64,000 bases of DNA from Leucoraja ocellata. Taxonomy: Eukaryota. The stretch spans positions 1,240,001 to 1,304,000 of the forward strand of contig JAWMAR010000277.1 of NCBI GenBank assembly GCA_036785375.1. The letters are read 5' to 3'. Both the position numbers and the translations under genes were made by a program. Within the stretch, counting starts at the first letter, position 1, and every line of letters begins with the position of its first letter. The notes under the pieces are model-generated. The model saw only the letters and a list, made by a program, of their open reading frames with translations. It had not been told where the DNA came from and did not search any database. Shown here piece by piece: positions 24,721 to 36,629 of this stretch.

Positions 24721-25059
24721 GGCGGGTGTGCATACAATAGAGGAGACTGGAGTCACAGGAAATTAGAATACAGGCAAGAATTATGTGATTATGAATTGAC
24801 CTTCAAACTTTAATAGTGTGTTAAATGGGTGCTGCATCGAACATTATTATCCACCAGTATTTCCACAAAATATCAAAGCATTGGCCAGAACATCTACAAA
24901 GACCCAGTTATACAATAAAAAAAAGGCACCTGTGCTATTTTAGCACAAATTTGTTAATCTATACACATTTTGCACACAACAAGCCCTGCCCTTGAAGGAA
25001 CAATCCCCAGGAAATGCTGACAGATGCAAAGCACGTAATAATGCCTTAAGGTTTGACTG

Positions 25060-25300
25060 AGATTGACACAATGTGCTGGACTAACTCAGCGGGTCTGGCA
25101 GCATCCCTGGAGAAAAAAAGGATGGGTGACATTTCGGGTTGGGACCCTTCTTCAGAATCTCTGAAGAAAAAGCATTGGTGCTATTTCCGGTCGGCACTCT
25201 CCCTTTTTCTCCAGAGATGCTGCCTGACACGTTGAGTTACTCTAGTGCTTTGCATTTTTCTTTGGTTTAAAACCAGTACCTGCATTTCTTTGTTTCTACA
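25060..25300. mobile_element. Palindromic Penelope-derived hammerhead-like element
   Basis: Inverted arms around cttcttcagaatctctgaagaa. Confidence 0.65.
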
Positions 25301-25347
25301 TCTTGACAAAGAGATTGCTGGCTGTTTGTACATGTGTTTAATTTTAA

Positions 25348-25462
25348 GGTCATAAGGGATAGAAATAGAATTAGGCTATTCAGCCAATCAAGGCTACTCC
25401 ACCATTCAATAATGGCTGATCTGTCTCTCCCTCCTAACCCCATTCTCCTGCCTTCTCCTCAT
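25348..25462 (-). mobile_element. CR1 3' end
   Basis: ggtcataag..aattaggc.attc.gcc..cattcaat.atggctgatct..ccccattctcctgccttctcc. Confidence 0.75.
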
Positions 25463-25677
25463 ACTGTAAACAATAACATGTTGTTTGTTTAATTGCTGTA
25501 GTTTTATAAAAACCATCATATATATATTTTAATTGATAGTTTGTTTAAGTATTTGTAAATATTTCAAAATTGTTGAATGTTCTTGTATAGTTTACCTAGC
25601 TACCAAATACCTCATTTAGGAATTTCCAGAGTAGGGTTTGCCCTGAACCAATTGGTGAGATGATCACAGAGAGAAGA

Positions 25678-25848
25678 TCACTCCAAAGACATACAGGTTT
25701 GTAGGTTAATTGGCTTGGTATTAATGTACTAATGTCCCTAGTGTGTGTAGGGTAGTGTTAATGTATGGGAATTGTTGGTCGTATGAGCTCGCTGGGCCGA
25801 AGGACCTGTTTCACTGCTCTATCTTCAAACCAAACTGAACTAAACTAA
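25678..25848 (+). mobile_element. V-SINE 3' half
   Basis: ccaaagacatacaggtttgtaggttaattggc...gggccgaaggacctgttt..(taaac)n. Confidence 0.75.
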
Positions 25849-25879
25849 GATCCTGCAATGCCATAGGGACACACTACAG

Positions 25880-26376
25880 ACATTGGAGGTGGTTTGTTTC
25901 CTCCATCAATGCCGTGGCGGCGTTTCGGCGACGGCGACCCGACTTTGGAGGTTCGTCCGTGGGCCCAGTAGTCGTCGGGAGCTCGCAGGTCACAGGTTGG
26001 TGACCTGGTTTTCCGGAGCTCCCGCAGAAACAGCTTCATCCGCTGGACTGGAGGGCGGCAGCTTCGACCACCCCGGGCCGCGGAAATTGAACCGGCCCGT
26101 TCGCGGAGCACGGTTGAGCCGCGGGACTTACTTACCATCACCTGGTGGGGGTCACAACATCGGAGGCCTGGGTCGCCTTAGCGCAGAGGGAGAACAAGGA
26201 GGGAAGAGACAAAGGCTTAAGATTTTTGCCTTCCATCACAGTGAGGAGGTGTCTGGTGAACTCACTGTGGTGGATGTTAAATTTGTGTTTATTGGGTGTT
26301 TTGTTATTTTATTATATGTATGACTGCAAGGCAACAAAATTTCGTTCAGACCAAAAGGTCTGAATGACAATAAAGT
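25880..26376 (+). mobile_element. GC-rich non-autonomous retroelement with Rex1/RTE-like tail
   Basis: CpG-rich non-coding body ending aatttcgttcagacc aaaa ggtctgaatgacaataaag (stem-loop plus AATAAA). Confidence 0.5.
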
Positions 26377-28084
26377 TTCGAAGATTCCAAGATTTTGCAT
26401 CGTGAGCTGTGAAGATACTGAGTGAGAATTTAAATTGGAGATGGATGGCAGGCATTGAGGATTACCATTGATTGCACATTCTGGACCATTCAAATAGTAA
26501 CTTTCTATACTACCACTTTCATTGAATCATGTGGAATTTTTTCCAAAACATAAATGGAAAAAGTCCACAATATCTAATAGGATTATTTTTGAGAATATCT
26601 CACAATGATTCTGGACGGATTGGTTTGGCATTTTCTGTTGGATTCCAGTTTCATTGAACAGAAAATGTCAGAGCAAATTCAATTGCTTTCAAGGGAAGTT
26701 CTTCACCTTTTCTCTCGACAAAATAGATCTGCAGATGATAAGTATTTTTTCATTGCTTCGTGCATTGTATTGCTTCTAACTAAATGTACAGACTTACTAA
26801 ATTGGCAACGAAGAATTGTAATCTATTTCCTTTCTTAACTGTAACCCAGTGATGAGATTTAGATTCAAATGTGAATGTAAGCAATTAAACATGCTGCAGC
26901 TGACAGATGCAGTGTGTTCAGTTTGTTAAAATTGAAAAAGGCTATTAATATTTCCTCAAAATGTTCTCTGTTTGAAGGTCAATGTTGCATCATGTACCTA
27001 CTGACCTTTCTACACCAGACAGATGGAATTAAAATCTTATTTCTCTGATAAAGATAAAGGGTTCCAACTGGAATCAGTTTGGGTGGTCTTAACCACAATA
27101 TCTCTTCCCAGTTTTGCAATGATTGTCATGCAATTCAGAAATCTAATTGAGCAGATCACAAAAAAAATGTTTTTTTGAATGGGGGTGGGTGGTGCGAGGG
27201 TGGTTTGCATCAAATTGTCAGGAGGATGTGATCTAACTCGATGTATTATTTAGCCTTGGTCTTTACCATAAATGGCCATACTTGATATCATCACTGTAAA
27301 GCAATTCTGTTTCTTGTCACCCTTGCATTATGTTAATCAGCAGAAAGTTTCAACTCATTACATTTCATCAAAGTAAGAGTTCACTGCTCGCAAACAAACC
27401 GTCTCTGGTCTAAGTAATTTCATAATGCATTCATGACGAGAAAACAAGTTTTCAGGTTGTTGAAAAGGGGAAGAAGCTGGTCATAAAGGACACATAACTA
27501 TAGACCATTAATTACATCGAAACAATTAAAGAACAGTCCAATAGTTCAGACACTCCAGCACTCCAGCTATGGAGGGTAGAACATTTGTATTAAATAGTTA
27601 CCATAAAATATTTAGAATGGTTACACTGAAATGATTTTGGAAGTAGAATTGCAATGCAACTTTTCATAGTTATTCTGTTTTACTATATTATGCTTACTAT
27701 TTATCATGAACTCCCTGATACTATTCTTGCCAGTTGGGAAGAATTACATGAATTTATACAATGATCTTCATAAATTCATTATGTCATTGACATAATATCA
27801 TTGTCATTTGTATACTCGGATTCAGCAGTCAATTTAAAGCTAGGAAGGAATCACAAAATGCCATGACATCAGTGACTACTTTGTTTAGAATGGAGACACA
27901 AGTCCTGAGTTAGCTTCTCAACCTGACACGTTGACAATTTATTTTCACCCCACAGCATCTGCTTGACCCACTAGGTTCCTCCGTAGTTGTTTTTTTTTTA
28001 AAATAATTAAATCTCTTTAAACACCCCACACCACCAATAATTCTTTCAATTGTGCATTTTGATCTTTTGTATCCAACCCAACTA

Positions 28085-28250
28085 GGGCCAGTTTAATGTT
28101 TCTCCTAAAAGCCGCATCTCTGACAGCAAGCAGTGCTTCAGTATTCTACAAAAATACAGGACTAAAGTAATAAACTTTCTCTGTTCAAAGTTGTATTCAT
28201 GATGGAATTCTACAATAAACAATTTTGGTGATGCTTGAAGCACTGCCCCC
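28085..28250 (-). mobile_element. Ancient Deu-domain SINE (SacSINE1/AmnSINE1-like) remnant
   Basis: gggccagtttaatgtttctcctaaaagccgcatctctgacagcaagcagtgcttcagtattc resembles the reverse complement of the Deu core as I recall it. Confidence 0.45.
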
Positions 28251-28540
28251 AAACCACCCCAAACCCAAACCATATTCAAAGGCAACACTGCTGGACAGAG
28301 CCAACTGATTTTTACCTGGATGATCTACATCCCAATCAGTCCATAGCTGTCCATCGCAATTCAAGTATGCGGTATTGAAGAAAATAAAAGACTTGAATTT
28401 ACCATGACATTTTTAATAGCTGTGGGGCGATCCTGAAATATAGTTATTACTAGACGAAGTGGGACCCGTTGGGTCCCAGCATCACACAGGAGGGCTGGTC
28501 ATCCAACGCAATATTCCACCTCTCCACCAATTCTAATATT

Positions 28541-29317
28541 GCCAAAGCAAACTTGCCAAAGCAACCTAATATCTTTTTTTAGCTTTTCTAATTTCTTTCT
28601 TAAGATTCTTTTTACATTCTTTCTACTCCTCAAGCACCTCATTTACTCCATGTTGCCTATATTTATTGTAGATCTCTCTCTTTTTCCGAACCGTGTCCAA
28701 TTTCCCTTGAAAACCAGGGCTCTTTCCAATTTTTACTGTTTCCTTTCAACCGAACAGGAACATAAAGATTCTGTACTCTTAAAATTTCCCCTTCAAATGT
28801 CCTCCATTTCTCTTCTACATCCTTCCCATAAAACAAAATGTCCCAGTTCACCCCTTTTAAATCATTTTGCATCTCATCAAAGTCAGCCTTTCTCCAATCA
28901 AAAATCTCAACCCTAGGTCCAGTTCTGACCCTCTCCATAATTATATTGAAACTAATGGTATTGTGATCACTGGACCCGAAGTGCTCCCCAACGCATACCC
29001 CCACCACCTGTCTCATTTCCTAACAGGAGGTCCAGCACTGCCCCTCCTCTAGTAGGTACCTCTATGTATTGCTGCAAAAAACTATCCTGCACACATTTTA
29101 CAAACTCCAAACCATCCAGCCCATTTACAGAATGTGTTTCCCAGTCTATGTGTGGAAAGTTGAAATCTCCCACAATCACTACCTTGTGCTTACTACCAAT
29201 ATCTGCTATCTCCTTACATATTTGCTCTTCCAATTCTCGAACCCCATTTGGCGGTCTATAATACACCCCTATAAGTGTTGCTACACCTTTCCCACTTCTC
29301 AGTTCCACCCAAATAGC
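28541..29317 (-). mobile_element. Internal CR1 ORF2 endonuclease fragment inside the Helitron
   Basis: AIWVEL..GVYYRPPN..VVIVGDFNFPHIDW..PTRGGAVLDLLL and GEHFGSSDHNTISF. No CR1 3' tail is present. Confidence 0.9.
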
Positions 29318-29610
29318 AAGCTTTAGAACCAATAGAGACACTTTTTGCTAGCTTTAGAACCAATAGAGACACTTTTTGCTAGCTTTAGAACCAATAGAGA
29401 CACTTTTTGCAAGCTTTAGAACCAATAGACATTTTTTGCAAGCTTTAGAACCAATAGACATTTTTATGCAAGCTTTAGAACCAATAGACATTTTTTTGCA
29501 AGCTTTAGAACCAATAGAGACACTTTTTGCAAGCTTTAGGACCAATAGAGACACTTTTTGCAAGCTTTAGAACCAATAGGCACACTCTGCAAGCATTTTA
29601 GAACCACTAA
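29317..29610. repeat. ~29-31-bp tandem array
   Basis: gcaagctttagaaccaatagagacacttttt, about 9 copies. Confidence 0.95.
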
Positions 29611-30569
29611 GGGCACTTACATTTGAGTAGACATGTGTTCAGTGTTATTCACTGCTCAGAGAAACGTGATCCTCCGCCTTCCTCCATCTTGAAGAGACTT
29701 TGTGGCACACCACTTCCTGGTTTTATAGTCCCTCCCCCCTGCCACCAGCGGGGCAGCAGAGAGAATGGGGAATTTTGTAAAAACATTAATATCTCTGTCA
29801 TTTATAATCGGCGGGAAAAATCTTCAGCACACATGTGGTGGAGGGGGGCTCTGAGCGAGGTGGCCAAAAATGACGGCCGTAGGTGACGGCGATCTTTCGG
29901 AAATCGCAGCACAGATGGCCAAAACTGGTCAAGAACAGACTTTTAGTAATATAGATTGCTCAGGGGAAACCTAGAAGAGAGTTTTGGCAGAACAAATGCT
30001 TACAAACAGTGATCAGACAGAGAGATGATCTTAGCAATGTTGGCCAGAATTCTAACTGTGACATTCATATTCTAATATGAATAACACTTCTCTGCAAATA
30101 CAAAGTGATGACCAGTTATCTATTAGGTATTAATTGTCCCACAAACTAATGGAACCAAAGTTCTGAAATTGTTAACAGCAACCTTTTTCTTTGAATGAAT
30201 TGCTTAAAAAAACCCTACAATTAGTCTCATTTTATAGTCTTAAAATGTATCTTTGATAATATTGCCTTTGAAGTTGCGCATAATTAATTCTATTGTAACA
30301 GCAGAGGAAGCCTGAGAGAAATTCTGAAAGTTACATCAAGATTTTTGGTTGACATGATAAAGGCCTCTTTGATAACAGTTGGGACCAAATAATGACATTA
30401 GAAGGTATTGCAAGTCTAAGGAAGAAAACAGTCTGCTTTGGGAATCATTTGGTCAAAGCCATGTAGCTGAGTAAAGCGTGCTGAGGTAAGCCTTACTGAC
30501 GATCTGTGGAACACAAACAAATACTGGAAATTTTTAAGATTGAACAGATTTTTGAATAGTTTGCATGTC

Positions 30570-30697
30570 AGGGTTTTCTGGAGAGAAGGAAGGAGAATGT
30601 GGTTGAGAGGGAAAGATAGATCAGCCATGATTGCATGGCAGAGTAGACTTAATGGGCTGATGGCCTAATTCTGCTTCTATCACTTATGAACATGAAC
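30570..30697 (+). mobile_element. CR1 3' end
   Basis: gatagatcagccatgattg.atggc..agtagact..atgggc..atggcctaattctgct.ctatcacttatgaacatgaac. Confidence 0.75.
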
Positions 30698-31117
30698 AGT
30701 TCCAGGTTGGGACCAAGACTTAGACATAGATCTCTTACAATTAATCTTATGGGTGAAACTGTCAACACATAGTTCTAGGTTGAGAAAAAAATACTTATTA
30801 GCACACTAAAGACATTGTGATCCATTTGCTTGCAAGACCATGCACGTAAATTGGGTGATCAGTATATAATTTCTGTATAAGGGACTTCCTTGTGGCCTCA
30901 CAAGATTAGGCTAACCCCATGGAAGAAGCCCGAGGAGAGCCCGATGGACGAAGTCCCAGTTCTATCTGGGTCATGACACCCATAAATTTTTGGTTAGTTT
31001 TGTTTTTAGAACATAAGAAATGGGAGAAGGTGTAGCAATCATTCGCAATAGGTTAAACAAACTTGGATTGTTCTCAGTGGAATGTCTGGAGATGATGGGA
31101 AATAAATATATACAAAT

Positions 31118-33391
31118 ATGAGAGGCTTAGGTACGGTAGGTAATGAGGAAGGGTTAGTTAGTAGTCTTGTTGTGCGTGGCCCCTTGGGCAAGAGTGACCA
31201 TAATATGGTTGAGTTCTTCATTAGGATGGAGAGTGACATTGTTAATTCAGAAACAATGGTTTTGAACTTAAAGAAAGGTAACTTTGAGGGTATGAGACGT
31301 GAATTGGCCAAGATTGACGGGCAATTAATTCTAAAAGGGTTGACGGTGGATATGCAATGGAAGGCATTTAAAGACTGCATGGATGAACTACAAAAATTGT
31401 TCATCCCAGTTTGGCAAAAGAATAAATCAGGGAAGGTAGTGCATCCATGGATAACAAGGGAAATCAGGGATAGTATCAAAGCAAAGGATGATGCGTACAA
31501 ACTAGCCAGAAAAAGCAGCATACCGGAGGACTGGGAGAAATTCAGAGACCAGCAGAGGAGGACGAAGGGCTTAATTAGAAAAGGAAAAATGGATTATGAA
31601 AGAAAACTGGCAGTGAACATAAAATCTGATTGCAAAAGTTTTTATAGATATGTGAAAAGAAAGAGATTAGTTAAAACAAATGTAGGTCCCTTGCAGTCAG
31701 AAACAGGTGAGTTGATCATGGGGAACCAGGATATGGCGGACCAATTGAATAACTACTTTGGTTCCGTCTTCACTAAGGAAGACATAAATGATCTGCCGGA
31801 AATAGCAGGGGCCCGCGGGTCAAAGGAGGTGGAGGAATTGAGTGAAATCCAGGTTAGTCGGGAAGTGGTGTTGGGTAAATTGAATGGATTAAAGGCCGAT
31901 AAATCCCCAGGGCCAGATAGGCTGCATCCCAGAGTACTTAAGGAAGTAGCTCCAGAAATAGTGGATGCATTAGTAATAATCTTTCAAAACTCCTTAGATT
32001 CTGGAGTAGTTCCAGAGGATTGGCGGGTAGCAAACGTAACCCCACTTTTTAAGAAGGGAGGGAGAGAGAAAACGGGGAATTACAGACCAGTTAGCCTAAC
32101 ATCGGTAGTGGGGAAACTGCTAGAGTCAGTTATTAAAGATGGGATAGCAGCACATTTGGAAAGTGGTGAAATCATTGGACAAAGTCAGCATGGATTTACG
32201 AAAGGTAAATCATGTCTGACGAATCTTATAGAATTTTTCGAGGATGTAACTAGTAGCGTGGATAGGGGAGAACCAGTGGATGTGGTGTATCTGGACTTCC
32301 AGAAGGCTTTCGACAAGGTCCCACATAAGAGATTAGTATACAAACTTAAAGCACATGGAATTGGGGGTTCAGTATTGATGTGGATAGAGAACTGGCTGGC
32401 AAACAGGAAGCAAAGAGTAGGAGTAAACGGGTCCTTTTCACAATGGCAGGCAGTGACTAGTGGGGTACCGCAAGGCTCAGTACTGGGACCCCAGCTATTT
32501 ACAATATATATTAATGATCTGGATGAGGGAATTGAAGGCAATATCTCCAAGTTTGCGGATGACACTAAGCTGGGGGGCAGTGTTAGGTGTGAGGAGGATG
32601 CTAGGAGACTGCAAGGTGACTTGGATAGGCTGGGTGAGTGGGCAAATATTTGGCAGATGCAGTTTAATGTGGATAAATGTGAGGTTATCCATTTTGGTGG
32701 CAAAAACGGGAAAGCAGATTATTATCTAAACGGTGGCCGATTGGGAAAGGGGGAGATGCAGCGAGACCTGGGTGTCATGGTACACCAGTCATTGAAGGTA
32801 GGCATGCAGGTGCAGCAGGCAGTAAAGAAAGCGAATGGCATGTTGGCTTTCATAGCAAGAGGATTTGAGTATAGGAGCAGGGAGGTTCTACTGCAGTTGT
32901 ATAGGGTCTTGGTGAGACCACACCTGGAGTATTGCGTGCAGTTTTGGTCTCCAAATCTGAGGAAGGACATTATTGCCATAGAGGGAGTGCAGAGAAGGTT
33001 CACCAGACTGATTCCTGGGATGTCAGGACTGTCTTATGAAGAAAGACTGGATAGACTTGGTTTATACTCTCTAGAGTTTAGGAGATTGAGAGGGAATCTT
33101 ATAGAAACTTACAAAATTCTTAAGGGGTTGGACAGGCTAGATGCAGGAAGATTGTTTCCGATGTTGGGGAAGTCCAGGACAAGGGGTCACAGCTTAAGGA
33201 TAAGGGGGATATCCTTTAAAACCGAGATGAGGAGAACTTTTTTCACACAGAGAGTGGTGAATCTCTGGAACTCTCTGCCACAGAGGGTAGTTGAGGCCAG
33301 TTCATTGGCTATATTTAAGAGGGAGTTAGATGTGGCCCTTGTGGCCAAGGGGATCAGAGGGTATGGAGAAAAGGCAGGTACGGGATACTGA
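31118..33391 (+). CDS. CR1 ORF2 reverse transcriptase, N-terminally truncated (endonuclease essentially absent)
   Basis: 757-aa ORF with SDH, KSPGPD, NYRPVSLTS, QHGF, YLDFQKAFDKV, GVPQGSVLGP and FADD motifs. The ATG at 31118 is borrowed from the flanking older CR1. Confidence 0.85.
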   Translation: MRGLGTVGNEEGLVSSLVVRGPLGKSDHNMVEFFIRMESDIVNSETMVLNLKKGNFEGMRRELAKIDGQLILKGLTVDMQWKAFKDCMDELQKLFIPVWQKNKSGKVVHPWITREIRDSIKAKDDAYKLARKSSIPEDWEKFRDQQRRTKGLIRKGKMDYERKLAVNIKSDCKSFYRYVKRKRLVKTNVGPLQSETGELIMGNQDMADQLNNYFGSVFTKEDINDLPEIAGARGSKEVEELSEIQVSREVVLGKLNGLKADKSPGPDRLHPRVLKEVAPEIVDALVIIFQNSLDSGVVPEDWRVANVTPLFKKGGREKTGNYRPVSLTSVVGKLLESVIKDGIAAHLESGEIIGQSQHGFTKGKSCLTNLIEFFEDVTSSVDRGEPVDVVYLDFQKAFDKVPHKRLVYKLKAHGIGGSVLMWIENWLANRKQRVGVNGSFSQWQAVTSGVPQGSVLGPQLFTIYINDLDEGIEGNISKFADDTKLGGSVRCEEDARRLQGDLDRLGEWANIWQMQFNVDKCEVIHFGGKNGKADYYLNGGRLGKGEMQRDLGVMVHQSLKVGMQVQQAVKKANGMLAFIARGFEYRSREVLLQLYRVLVRPHLEYCVQFWSPNLRKDIIAIEGVQRRFTRLIPGMSGLSYEERLDRLGLYSLEFRRLRGNLIETYKILKGLDRLDAGRLFPMLGKSRTRGHSLRIRGISFKTEMRRTFFTQRVVNLWNSLPQRVVEASSLAIFKRELDVALVAKGIRGYGEKAGTGY

Positions 33392-33489
33392 GTTGGATGA
33401 TCAGCCATGATCATATTAAATGGCGGTGCAGGCTCGAAGGGCCGAATGGCCTACTCCTGCACCTAATTTCTATGTTTCTATGTTTCTAT
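31140..33489 (+). mobile_element. Young 5'-truncated CR1 LINE inserted into an older CR1
   Basis: Uninterrupted ORF2; (tttctatg)n tail; TSD ggtag (31135-31139 / 33490-33494). The older CR1 continues on both sides (~31055-31139 and 33490-33685). Confidence 0.95.
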
Positions 33490-33685
33490 GGTAGACAGTC
33501 AGAACCTTTATCCCAGGGCGGAAGTGCTTAACACTAGAGGGAATAGCTATAAGATGAGAGAGGGAAAGTTTAAAGGAGATGTGCGGGGCAGACATTTTCC
33601 TTTTTGAGTCCTTTTCCCAGGGTGGAGATGGTAAATACTGAACGGCATAGGTTGTAGAAAAGAAGGGGGTAGATTCAAGGAGATG

Positions 33686-33933
33686 TGTGTTGTGATGTCA
33701 CTGTCCATATAACTGAAGCCTTACACCGTGATAAAGGTCCAAAGACTTTATTAACATTACAACATCGGTAACTTCATGCTAGCTCGTTTCTCCAATATTG
33801 TGGGAACCAGGCAGGGAGGGTTACTGTGAAGCTAGTGGGCGTAACTACAAAGTGTGACTCATAACATGAGTGACACTGATCTACAAGCAAGGTTTTAATA
33901 CAGGGCAGGGGAGGTGCCTGAAACACACAGACA
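33686..33933 (-). mobile_element. Possible solo LTR
   Basis: TG...CA ends, AATAAA on the minus strand near 33750 and a possible gatg TSD. The right boundary is ambiguous. Confidence 0.3.
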
Positions 33934-33938
33934 GATGT

Positions 33939-34115
33939 ATTCAAGAGAAAGTCGGATATAGCTCTTAGGGCTAACAGAATCAAGGGATATGGGGAGAAAG
34001 CAGGACCAGGGTATTGATTCTGGATGATCATCCATGATCATATTGAAAGGCAGTGCCGGCTCGAAGGGCCAAATGGCCTAATCCTGCACCTATTTTCTAT
34101 GTGTCTACGTTTCTA
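33939..34115 (+). mobile_element. CR1 3' end
   Basis: Similar to 33310-33489; agacagatgt is duplicated on both sides. Confidence 0.8.
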
Positions 34116-34683
34116 AGACAGATGTGATGCTGATAGCAAGTGAGATAGCAACATTCAGGAGGCACTAAAACAGGGACACAACCAGACAGGGATTAGACAA
34201 TAGACAATAGGTGCAGGAGTAGGCCATTGGGCCCTTCGAGCCAGCACCGCCATTCACTGTGATCATATAAACCATGTAAAGATAGATGAGTTTAGTTTAA
34301 TTTGTGAACCGAAGGGCACGTTCCTGCGCACTGCAGTTCATTGTTGTGAAAAGCTTGTATCATATTATCTTAACATTCTTTTCAAATTTCCCACCAGATA
34401 AATTAATGATGTTGGGTACAAAAATAACCATGCAAAGAATGAGACAAGAATGGCTTTGGTAACAAGTGTGACTTAAAGGGTACACAATAACACAAACGAT
34501 GTTGGAATCGTAGGTAAAGCACCAAGTGCTAGAGGAACTCAACAGGTCAGGCAGCAGCTGTAGAGAGAATTGACAGGTGACATTTTGGGTTAGGACCCTT
34601 CTTCAGTGATTGGAGTAGGGAGGGAGAGAAAGCTGGAAAAGAGAGATGGGGGATAAACCATACCCAGGCACATTGAAGGGGAT

Positions 34684-34868
34684 AGACACAAAAAGCTGAA
34701 GTAACTCAGCAAGTCAGCATCTCGGGAGAGAAGGAATAGGTGACACTTTGGGTCAAGACCCAAAACCTCACCTATTCCTCTTCTCCAGAGATGCTGCCTG
34801 TCCCGCTGTGTTACTCCAGCATTTTGTGTCTATCTTCGGTGTAAACCAGCATCTGTAGTTCCTTCCTA
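34684..34868. mobile_element. Palindromic Penelope-derived element with 15-bp TSD, nested in an older Penelope 3' fragment (~34515-34670)
   Basis: TSD cacattgaaggggat (34669-34683 / 34869-34883); inverted arms. Confidence 0.75.
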
Positions 34869-36244
34869 CACATTGAAGGGGATGTTATGCTTCGCTTCCA
34901 CTTGCCCGTTTCTCAACCATGTCAGGTTTCTCGTCGTTCCCTATTCCTCCACCGCTCCTCTTCTTACACTTGAACTTCGAACTAGCCAATGTTTGCAGAA
35001 GTAATTCCTTCATAATACCAGTTTGTGCAGTGTACAGCCTATTACTAGAACGTTCAATATGCCTTGATAGATGTACTGCGGACTGATTTAGCCTGGTAAA
35101 GGGAATGACAGCATTTTTTAATAACCAATTAGATGCTGTCCCATCTGGCACTATGTGTGTGCGAGGAGTCCAAGTCAAGTCACCCTATGAATTGAAGGTG
35201 GACACCAAATGCTGGAGTAACTCAATAGGTCAGGCAGCAAATCTGGAGAAAAAGAATAGGTGATGTTTCAGGTCGAGACCTTTCCTACAGAGAGGGAGAA
35301 GCGGGAGAGTGTGTTGCAGAACATTTGAGGCCATGAAAATGGCCAGGTTTGTGTGGAAAGCTATGGATTTGAGTCAATGCTCTTCCATAAAGTGTAGAAG
35401 CCAACAATCTCTGCGAACCTTTGGAATTGCTCCATTTGCTGGTAATTGGAAGAAGAGAATGAGATAAAACTCTTTTTGGAGTACTAGTAATTTCACCACA
35501 CCAAACCCAGCTTTTATATAGGAACGAACTGCAAATGCAGGTTTACATTGAAGATAAAATGCTGGAGTAACTCAACGGGACAGGCAGCATCTCCAGATAG
35601 AAGGAATCCAGGGATGCAGTCTGTCCAACCTTATATACTGCTTTCGTACTGCAAGTTTGTTTTAACTCCGTTGTCAGCTAGCATCCTCTTACCGGTTGGA
35701 AGCAATGAAGCCCTAGTTCTCCAGTTTGCAGTTGTTGGTGTAGCTGCAGCAACTGTCAGGTTTAAGCCCCCCTCTCTGGAGAAAGGACCTTTCAGCACTG
35801 AGGTTAACGTAACATGGTAGCTCCTTAGATACCAGCAGTAGTTGCATTCTCCTACCCCATCTTATTCCACCTTCCCTATTCCAGGTTGCCTCTTCATTTT
35901 CCAGCAATGTTTATTTTTTTATGGGAGGTAATAACAGGCTGGGAATAATGTATTTCATCACAAGCTTTCAAAGCATCAGAGATTTATTTCAGGCCCAGCC
36001 AAATTACTTGTTAGGTGATAAACATTTAGGCAAGTGCTTAAATCCAGAACTGCAGTAAAGAAAATGAACAGGCCAGTAACCTGTAAATAGGCAAGATCCC
36101 TTTAAAAACTCAGGTGGGAATCATGCTGTTTAAAGCACATTGATCTGAGTTGGTTTGAGGCATTACAGAGGATGAAGGGTAAATTTTACCAAGGAGAGTA
36201 CAGGCCTCAAATCATTGATGTGCACTGACGTCACAATACTTACA

Positions 36245-36625
36245 ACTTACAAAATTCTTAAGGGGTTGGACAGGCTAGATGCAGGAAGATTGTTCCCGAT
36301 GTTGGGGAAGTCCAGAACAAGGGGGTCACAGTTTAAGGATAAAGGGGAAATCTTTTAGGACCGAGATGAGGAAAACATTTTTCACACAGAGAGTGGTGAA
36401 TCTGTGGAATTCTCTGCCACAGAAGGTAGTTGAGGCCAATTCATTGGCTATATTTAAGAGGGAGTTAGATGTGGCCCTTGTGGCTAAAGGGATCAGGGGG
36501 TATGGAGAGAAGGCAGGGACAGGATACTGAGTTGGATGATCAGCCATGATCATATTGAATGGCGGTGCAGGCTCGAAGGGACGAATAGCCTACTCTTGCA
36601 CCTATTTTCTATGTTTCTATGTTTC
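36245..36625 (+). mobile_element. Young CR1 3' end, same subfamily as 31140-33489
   Basis: Encodes GHSLRIKGKSFRTEMRKTFFTQRVVNLWNSLP..GYGEKAGTGY*, with an identical tail type. Confidence 0.92.
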
Positions 36626-36629
36626 CATG

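Larger units (their letters stand above)
28450..29955 (-). mobile_element. Complete non-autonomous Helitron carrying a CR1 fragment and a tandem array
   Basis: On the minus strand: A|TCTATATTACTAAAAGTC 5' end (29955); perfect hairpin GGGACCC-AAC-GGGTCCC and CTAG|T 3' end (28450); inserted between A and T with no TSD. Confidence 0.85.

Noticed and set aside
32185-33414. Antisense ORFs over the CR1
   Set aside because: Shadow frames of the RT ORF.
34885-35907. Short ORFs and an exon-like open stretch between Penelope fragments
   Set aside because: No similarity to any protein family I recognise, and the splice signals are not compelling.
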